64,000 bases of DNA from contig JBBRSP010000008.1 in the NCBI GenBank assembly GCA_038245295.1, positions 32,001-96,000 on the forward strand, in the 5' to 3' direction. How positions within the stretch are numbered: position 1 is the stretch's first letter; the number at the start of each line of letters is the position of its first letter. Below are positions 58,057 to 64,000 of the stretch, one piece after another. Below the pieces are notes generated by a model that saw only the letters and a program-made list of their open reading frames with translations, ran no database searches and was not told the DNA's origin. Position numbers and translations under genes: made by a program. The DNA comes from Candidatus Binatia bacterium (lineage in GTDB: Bacteria > Desulfobacterota > Binatia > HRBIN30).

Positions 58057-60873
58057 ATGGATTACAAAAGCACACTGAATCTTCCGAAAACTGATTTCCC
58101 GATGCGCGGCAACCTGCCGCAACGCGAGCCCGTCTTCCTCGAGAAGTGGGAAGCGCTGCACCTCTATGAGGAGATGCTGCGAGTTCGCAAAGACAAGCCG
58201 CGCTACGTGCTCCATGACGGGCCGCCCTATGCCAACGGGCATGTCCATCTGGGCACGGCGCTCAACAAGATCATCAAGGACATCGTCGTCAAATCAAAGG
58301 CGATGGCCGGCCACTACGCACCCTATGTTCCCGGTTGGGATTGCCATGGCATGCCGATCGAACATCAGGTGACCAAGGACCTTGGTGCCAAGGTCCGCGA
58401 AATGTCGCAGCTCGATGTTCGCAAGCAGTGCCGCGACTACGCCGACAAGTTCTTCAATATCCAACGCGAGGAGTTCCGCCGCCTGGCTGTTTTCGGCGAC
58501 TGGGAGCACCCCTACCTCACCATGATGCCGGCCTTCGAGGCGGGCGTCGTGCGTGTCTTCCGCCAGTTGGTCGAGCGCGGGTACATCTATCGCGGTTTGC
58601 GTCCGGTGTTGTGGTGCGCGGTCTGCCGCACCGCCCTGGCCGAGGCCGAGGTCGAGTATCACGATCACAAATCGCCGTCGGTGTATGTGCGGTTCGCCTT
58701 CTCCGGAACGCTCGAGGAAGCCGCCGGCATGGCCAAGGATACGGCCGATGCGGCCGAGCTGCGGGCCAACGCGGCGAACCTCGCCGTCGTCATCTGGACC
58801 ACAACGCCGTGGACCTTGCCGGCCAACCTGGCGGTCTGCCTGAATCCGATCCTCGACTATGTAGCCGTGCACATCGACGGCAAATACTATGTCGTCGCCG
58901 AGCGCCTCGCCGATGCTTTCGCCGCGGCCATTGGTGCCACCGAGTCGGGCAAACGTATCCCCGTCGATCTTGCCAAGCTCGACGGCGCCGACGTCTTCCG
59001 CCACCCGTTCATCGATCGCGCCTCAAAGTTGATCTTTGAAACACACGTGACGGCGGATACCGGCACCGGCTGCGTGCACACGGCGCCGGGCCATGGTTAC
59101 GAGGACTTCTCGGTCGGTCAGAAGTACGGCTTGCCGGTGCTGACGCCGGTCGACGAGTCGGGACGTTTCACCGCCGAAGCCGGCGACTACGCCGGCGAGA
59201 AGGTATTCGAAGCGAACGACAAGATTGTCGAGCGTCTGCGCGAGACCGGGGCGTTGTTGAAGACGCAGAAGCTGCAGCACTCATATCCGCATTGCTGGCG
59301 CTGCAAGCAGCCGATCATCTATCGCGCCACCGAGCAGTGGTTCCTGCGCATCGATCATGCCGGCATGCGCGACAAGGCGCTCGCCGAAATTGATCGTGTG
59401 CAGTGGGTTCCGGCGTGGGGCCACGACCGCATCTACAACATGATGGAAGGGCGACCCGATTGGTGTTTGTCGCGCCAGCGCGCCTGGGGTGTTCCGGTGC
59501 CGGCCTTCCGTTGTGTCAAATGCAACACGTTCACCTTCGAGGCTTCGGTCATCGCCGAGGTGGAGAAGGTGTTCGCCGAGAAAGGCTCCGACGCGTGGTA
59601 TGAGCTGCCGGCGAAAGACCTGATGCCGGCGGGCTACACATGCGCCTGCGGTAGCAGCGAGTTCGAGCAGGATCGTAATATCCTCGACGTCTGGTTCGAC
59701 GCCGGCTCGTCCCATGAGGCGGTGCTGCGCACGCGGCCTGACCTCGGATTCCCCGCCGACCTGTACGTCGAGGCGGTGGATCAGCATCGCGGCTGGTTCC
59801 AGGTCTCGTTGATCACCGCCGTGGCGACGCGCGACACGGCCCCGTATCGCAGTGTTCTGACGCACGGGCTGATCCTCGACGAAGCGGCGAAGAAGATGTC
59901 TAAGTCGCTCGGCAACGTCGTTGCCCCCGAAGAGATCATCAAGACCAACGGCGCCGAGATCTTGCGGCTGCTGTTTGCTTCGGTCGACTACACGGCCGAC
60001 ATCAGTTTCTCCAAGGGCCTGATCACGCCGCTGCTGGAGTCGTACCGCAAGATCCGCAACACCTGTCGCTTCCTGCTTGGCAACCTCTACGACTTCGATC
60101 CGACAACGAATCGTATCGCGACCGCGGACCTACCTGAGCTCGATCGGTGGATCGGACATCGCACGGCGGATCTGGTGACGCGGGTGCGGCGCGCCTACGA
60201 AGCCTTCAGCTTTCATCAGGTGGTGCAGCATCTGGTCAACTTCTGCGCCGTCGACCTGAGCTCGCTCTACCTCGATATCGTCAAGGATCGTTTGTACACG
60301 GCCGGTCCGACGTCGCATGCGCGGCGCTCGGCGCAAACCGCCCTCTACGATGTGGTTGATACGCTGGTGCGGCTGATGGCCCCGATCCTCTCGTTCACGG
60401 CGGAAGAGGTGTGGACGTCTCTGCCGGGCGGTGCGCCTTCGCCGAGTGTGTTCCTGGTTGATTTCCCCGAGGCGAAGCCGGCGGACGCGGAATTTGCCGC
60501 GCGTTGGGAGACGCTACTCGATGTGCGCGGCGCCGTAACCAAGGCGTTGGAAGAAGCACGGCAAAGCGGCGCCATCGGTCACTCACTGGATGCGCGGGTG
60601 GAATTGGCGGGCACGGCGCAACTGCAGCCGGTTCTCAAGAGTATCGCCGCCGACTGGCCGGCGCTGTTGATTGTCTCGCAGGTGGATCTGGACACTGATC
60701 TGCCGGCGTCGGCGGCGAGCCCGCTGATGCCGGAGTTGCGGGTTCGCATCGACAAGGCGCGTGGTGGTAAGTGTGAGCGCTGTTGGAACTACAGTGAGGC
60801 GGTTGGCGGCGATGCGGCGCATCCAGGATTGTGCGAGCGTTGTCAGCCGGTCGTGAAAGAGTTGGCTGTATGA
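58057..60873 (+). CDS. ileS: Isoleucine--tRNA ligase (type 1)
   Basis: DYKSTLNLPKTDFPM, LHDGPPYANG, WTTTPWTLP, GTGCVHTAPGHG, DQHRGWF, KMSKS, C-terminal CERC zinc finger. Confidence 0.97.
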   Translation: MDYKSTLNLPKTDFPMRGNLPQREPVFLEKWEALHLYEEMLRVRKDKPRYVLHDGPPYANGHVHLGTALNKIIKDIVVKSKAMAGHYAPYVPGWDCHGMPIEHQVTKDLGAKVREMSQLDVRKQCRDYADKFFNIQREEFRRLAVFGDWEHPYLTMMPAFEAGVVRVFRQLVERGYIYRGLRPVLWCAVCRTALAEAEVEYHDHKSPSVYVRFAFSGTLEEAAGMAKDTADAAELRANAANLAVVIWTTTPWTLPANLAVCLNPILDYVAVHIDGKYYVVAERLADAFAAAIGATESGKRIPVDLAKLDGADVFRHPFIDRASKLIFETHVTADTGTGCVHTAPGHGYEDFSVGQKYGLPVLTPVDESGRFTAEAGDYAGEKVFEANDKIVERLRETGALLKTQKLQHSYPHCWRCKQPIIYRATEQWFLRIDHAGMRDKALAEIDRVQWVPAWGHDRIYNMMEGRPDWCLSRQRAWGVPVPAFRCVKCNTFTFEASVIAEVEKVFAEKGSDAWYELPAKDLMPAGYTCACGSSEFEQDRNILDVWFDAGSSHEAVLRTRPDLGFPADLYVEAVDQHRGWFQVSLITAVATRDTAPYRSVLTHGLILDEAAKKMSKSLGNVVAPEEIIKTNGAEILRLLFASVDYTADISFSKGLITPLLESYRKIRNTCRFLLGNLYDFDPTTNRIATADLPELDRWIGHRTADLVTRVRRAYEAFSFHQVVQHLVNFCAVDLSSLYLDIVKDRLYTAGPTSHARRSAQTALYDVVDTLVRLMAPILSFTAEEVWTSLPGGAPSPSVFLVDFPEAKPADAEFAARWETLLDVRGAVTKALEEARQSGAIGHSLDARVELAGTAQLQPVLKSIAADWPALLIVSQVDLDTDLPASAASPLMPELRVRIDKARGGKCERCWNYSEAVGGDAAHPGLCERCQPVVKELAV

Positions 60874-61367
60874 GCAAATACCTGCACGTCGTCGGAATGG
60901 CCGCGCTGGTGGTTCTCGGCGACCAGCTGAGCAAGGCGTACATTCGCAACCACATCCCGGTATCGGGTGAGATTCCGGTGATCGACGGGCTGTTCAGCAT
61001 CGTGCATTTCACCAACACGGGCGGGGCGTTCGGCCTGTTGTCCGGAGCCAGTGCGACGTGGCGGATTCCGTTCTTTGTCGGAGTGGCGGCGATCGCCCTC
61101 GGGGTTCTGTTCTACTTCCTGCGTGAGATCCCGGCGCGCCAGTATCTCTTGCTGACGGCGCTCGGTGGTGTCCTCGGCGGCGCCCTCGGCAACCTGATCG
61201 ACCGGGTGATTGCCGGTGAAGTGACCGACTTCCTCTACTTCTCCTGGCGTGGCTGGTCGTGGCCGGCGTTCAACGTCGCCGACTCGTTCATCTCCGTCGG
61301 CATCGTCTTGCTGCTCATCCAGTCCTTCTTTGGTCCCGACGAGACCGCGACTCGCCATTCTGGCTGA
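60870..61367 (+). CDS. lspA: Lipoprotein signal peptidase II
   Basis: DQLSK, NTGGAFG, GALGNLIDR, VTDF, WPAFNVAD; ATGA-coupled to ileS. Confidence 0.95.
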   Translation: MSKYLHVVGMAALVVLGDQLSKAYIRNHIPVSGEIPVIDGLFSIVHFTNTGGAFGLLSGASATWRIPFFVGVAAIALGVLFYFLREIPARQYLLLTALGGVLGGALGNLIDRVIAGEVTDFLYFSWRGWSWPAFNVADSFISVGIVLLLIQSFFGPDETATRHSG

Positions 61368-61377
61368 GCTGGTCGAG

Positions 61378-61580
61378 CGCGTAAATTCGACGATCAACCG
61401 GTGCTCAGCTCACCGCAGGCTGAAGCCTGCGCCTACCTGTTTCCAATTCGCCCGTGGATTCAGCTCACCGCAGGCTGAAGCCTGCGCCTACCTGTTTCCA
61501 ATTCGCCCGTGGGTTCAGCGTGGTAGGCGCAGGCTTTAGCCTGCGGAGTCCTCCACTGCGAATTGCCGTGCAAAGCCGGC
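61378..61580. repeat. Second copy of the 30520 element, with three GTAG REPs and a 55-bp internal duplication
   Basis: Shared flanks cgtaaattcgacgatcaacc..gctcagctcaccgc and ggagtcctcc..gcgaattgccgtgcaaagccg; REPs at 61413, 61468 and 61522. Confidence 0.8.
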
Positions 61581-61653
61581 TGGGCTGGTGGAGGGCGTGC
61601 CCTGACTGGGGCCGTGCTCCATAGTGGCGGCGCAGGACGTGTACGAGGCGGGG

Positions 61654-62430
61654 TTATGAACTGGGATCCTGGCGCAACTGGCGTTGCACTTCGGCATAGA
61701 CGGCTTCGGCAACGGCCGGATTGCCGCCGGACATTTTGACCAGCTCCGATTCCGTCACCCAACTGACCGCCACGCGGTGGGCATTCTTCTGCTCCCTCAG
61801 GCGCGTCTGCATGGCCTGCAAATCGCTGAGGGAGCTCACCACACGGATACTGTCGCCTGGGTGTGCGGCCACCCAGGCTGCTAGGCGCTCTTTGTGGCCG
61901 GCCAGCAACAGTGCGGGTGGCGTTCCATACGGATGGAATACACTATCGACGGTAGGTGGCGATGAAATTGAGCCGGCCGACTGGGCGTTGCTGGTCGTGT
62001 TGAAACGACCGTCGCTGCACTCGCTTTCATAGTCGTTGCAATGCCTGGTTCTCAGCGTCTTGAGAAAGAAACGTGGCGTGGCGATCCAGCGTCCGTTCAG
62101 CAGGCCGCGCCCCAGTTGGCGCAAGAGCCGGTCCAGGCGCGGGCGAACCTGGTAATAGTAGGCCACGATGGTCCCATCCGCCGACACCATGGCGCGGATG
62201 AAGGTGCGGGCGATGAGCGTCGTGGGCGAGTCCGACACCTCCATAAGCTCGAAGTCCCACAGCACGCGGAAGCCCTGCGTCTCATGATAGGTCTGGAAAT
62301 CGCGGTAGGCGCGCAAGTCCAAATGCCCGAAGTCGCTTTCGCGCGCCGGGCGTCGGGTAGATGGGGCGCCGTAGGTGCGCTTCAGGGAGGTGATGATCTG
62401 TTGCGCCGACTGTTGGATCGAGTCTGTCAC
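61654..62430 (-). CDS. Hypothetical protein
   Basis: 258-aa ORF, GTG start with AAGGAG RBS; no motif recognised. Confidence 0.65.
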   Translation of the reverse strand: MTDSIQQSAQQIITSLKRTYGAPSTRRPARESDFGHLDLRAYRDFQTYHETQGFRVLWDFELMEVSDSPTTLIARTFIRAMVSADGTIVAYYYQVRPRLDRLLRQLGRGLLNGRWIATPRFFLKTLRTRHCNDYESECSDGRFNTTSNAQSAGSISSPPTVDSVFHPYGTPPALLLAGHKERLAAWVAAHPGDSIRVVSSLSDLQAMQTRLREQKNAHRVAVSWVTESELVKMSGGNPAVAEAVYAEVQRQLRQDPSS

Positions 62431-62511
62431 GGAAACTCCTTAACCAACGCTCCTACCTGAATCGCGTCGACCAGGCGCCACGGGTCGATCGCCACTGCGT
62501 CGACGATGAGA

Positions 62512-63081
62512 TCAGCTCGGCGGTTGAGCAAACAACATTGCGACTTCGTCCGCGCTCAGGGGATGCAGATAGTGTCTGAAATCTGAAATGTCGGCGATGT
62601 TAAGCGGTTGCGGCCCGACGAAAACAGCAGCCTCTGGTCCCAGCATGATTTGATCAGAATACCGCCCGTCCGCGGCCAAGGCGCCATCGAGGTAGAGGGC
62701 GCATACCCCTTCACCCCAGGTTACTGTCAGCATACGACGATCGCCGTCATGCCAATCCGATACATCAATGCCCAGACCTCCCTCCAGGCCTGAATTGTCG
62801 ACGAGGAGGAACCGCAGGTAGGGTCCATTCTTGAAGAGGTCAATTCGATTTTCGAATGTGCCGCTTCCGAACCGCGCCAACCCCGCATTGTTCCCGCCCT
62901 CCCAGTGCGAACGTACCCACATGGTGAACGTGCCCATCGAGGCCGCCGCATTGTTGTTGCTGACGCCCTCATCGTGACCTCCGCAAGCAGACAGTACGAA
63001 GAAGAGTGTCGCCACGAGCGTAAGTAAACACGCGCGTCGGCCCTTCCTTGTTGGCAAGCCTACTGTGTTCATCCCATTCAT
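62512..63081 (-). CDS. Hypothetical lipoprotein with a LamG/concanavalin A-like domain
   Basis: Lipobox VLSAC; GTFTMWV, LTVTW..LYLDG, ISDFRHY..PLSADEV. Confidence 0.65.
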   Translation of the reverse strand: MNGMNTVGLPTRKGRRACLLTLVATLFFVLSACGGHDEGVSNNNAAASMGTFTMWVRSHWEGGNNAGLARFGSGTFENRIDLFKNGPYLRFLLVDNSGLEGGLGIDVSDWHDGDRRMLTVTWGEGVCALYLDGALAADGRYSDQIMLGPEAAVFVGPQPLNIADISDFRHYLHPLSADEVAMLFAQPPS

Positions 63082-63152
63082 CTGTGGTCCCACCCGTCCT
63101 GCTCCGTCCGAGAATTGCTTGCGCTGGGGCAACGCCCGCGTCGTGACCTTCG

Positions 63153-63256
63153 CACTATTTACGTTCAAATTCGTCGCCGGACGCGCAATTTAACAGGATG
63201 GGCAGGATATGCGGGAAGAACACGTTCCCTGTTCTATTATGTCCATCCTTGTTGAA
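63153..63256. repeat. CAGGAT-family element, inverted copy of 37179-37282
   Basis: cactatttacgttcaaattcgtcgccggacgcgcaatttaacaggat matches the reverse complement of 37233-37280. Confidence 0.8.
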
Positions 63257-63299
63257 CTAATTCCTTTCGGTGACGAGGAGATCTTCAATTTTACTCCGG

Positions 63300-63962
63300 T
63301 TACGGCTTCTGTGGTTTGTCAGGTCGCACCCGCTTGCGAGATTTTCGCTGGACGCTGTGGAAGAGCATGGCGAACAGATGCGGAGCGCCTTCGACGGCGG
63401 CGATTCTGGCGTCGAGGCGCAGGCGCGCCAGGTCGGCGTCCCATTGTCGGCCGATGACATCGCGGACGACGCGGGCGGTTGCGAGTGTGATTTGGATAGG
63501 CGCCTTCGCCGCCACGAGTTGCTCGATGGCGCTGGCGGCGGTGTCGGCGGCAAGCGCCGCGCGGCGGCTGTTATCGGTGCTTCGTTTTGAATCTTGCACG
63601 GCTTCCGCCACTCGACGGATCATCTTGGCTTTGTTCGTAACGGCGGCGCGCTGGAGGACGGCTGGTGACGGAACTTTGAAGCGGCGCAACGGATTCTTCC
63701 GCGGTTCACCATCCATGGTGAGCGCCAGGACGAGGGTGTCGAGGGCGGAATCCATGGCGCGCTCCGCCTCGCGCAGGGCTTTCTCCGCCGCGGCCAACTC
63801 GCGCTCGTGCGTCTCGACCGTCGCCTGCGCCGCCAGGTAACGAGTGTGTGTTGCCTCGAAAACGCCGAGCGCGTCGCGCACCAGGTGTGTATCGATCACT
63901 GTCGCGGCTGCAAAAGCCGCGTTGCCAATCTTCTTGCGTGTGCCCGGACCCAATTTCGGCAT
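63300..63962 (-). CDS. Hypothetical alpha-helical/coiled-coil protein
   Basis: 220-aa Ala-rich helical ORF with a basic C-terminus; no family recognised. Confidence 0.6.
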   Translation of the reverse strand: MPKLGPGTRKKIGNAAFAAATVIDTHLVRDALGVFEATHTRYLAAQATVETHERELAAAEKALREAERAMDSALDTLVLALTMDGEPRKNPLRRFKVPSPAVLQRAAVTNKAKMIRRVAEAVQDSKRSTDNSRRAALAADTAASAIEQLVAAKAPIQITLATARVVRDVIGRQWDADLARLRLDARIAAVEGAPHLFAMLFHSVQRKSRKRVRPDKPQKP

Positions 63963-64000
63963 GGTTCGTTCTCGCGACGCCGGAATCCCGTTACGCGAAT

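Noticed and set aside
58240..58270. HLGT variant of the HIGH motif as a mupirocin-resistance sign
   Set aside because: The enzyme is a type 1 IleRS in the standard ileS-lspA context; the variant alone is not evidence.
61405..61546. CRISPR array (also considered for 45906-46031)
   Set aside because: The spacers are duplicates of each other, units occur in inverted orientation, and there are no cas genes; these are REP clusters.

Overview
A GC-rich, gene-dense bacterial chromosomal segment with no rRNA, tRNA, CRISPR array, prophage or intact transposase that I could recognise. Four secreted proteins carry a 'C-x-G-D-C-N-x-D-x-x-V-T-V-D-E' dockerin-like module, and there is a pair of 'RxLMLAVL...FSFxxVCDxLGL' small proteins. 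By inference this points to Candidatus Binatia (Binatota) or a related lineage. In order, the window holds: a cluster of GT-C membrane glycosyltransferases (AftB-like, two TMTC-like, ArnT-like) wrapped around a translationally coupled gshA/DUF62/M50/deaminase operon; a soluble MgtE-like CBS protein plus an NRAMP-related transporter; lipid and redox genes; a dockerin/beta-helix/diheme-cytochrome fusion; and a DyP peroxidase whose catalytic Asp is replaced by Lys. Next comes a complete O2-sensing module (sigma54 activator, FixL-like heme-PAS kinase, receiver) upstream of a sigma54-type promoter and a divergent cbb3-like oxidase operon with a split CcoP. After that are an antitoxin with a deleted VapC, a DUF6502/DUF5666 pair divergent from a secreted-protein cluster (with a palindrome filling the promoter spacer), meaB, an S53 protease, glgC-NUDIX-M32 and ileS-lspA. 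The intergenic DNA holds at least six families of REP-like palindromes and MITE-like elements, including a MITE inserted with a 4-bp duplication into a REP arm, nested copies of it, and a REP doublet whose spacer is inverted between copies. All calls come from manual reading and motif recognition; no database search was run.
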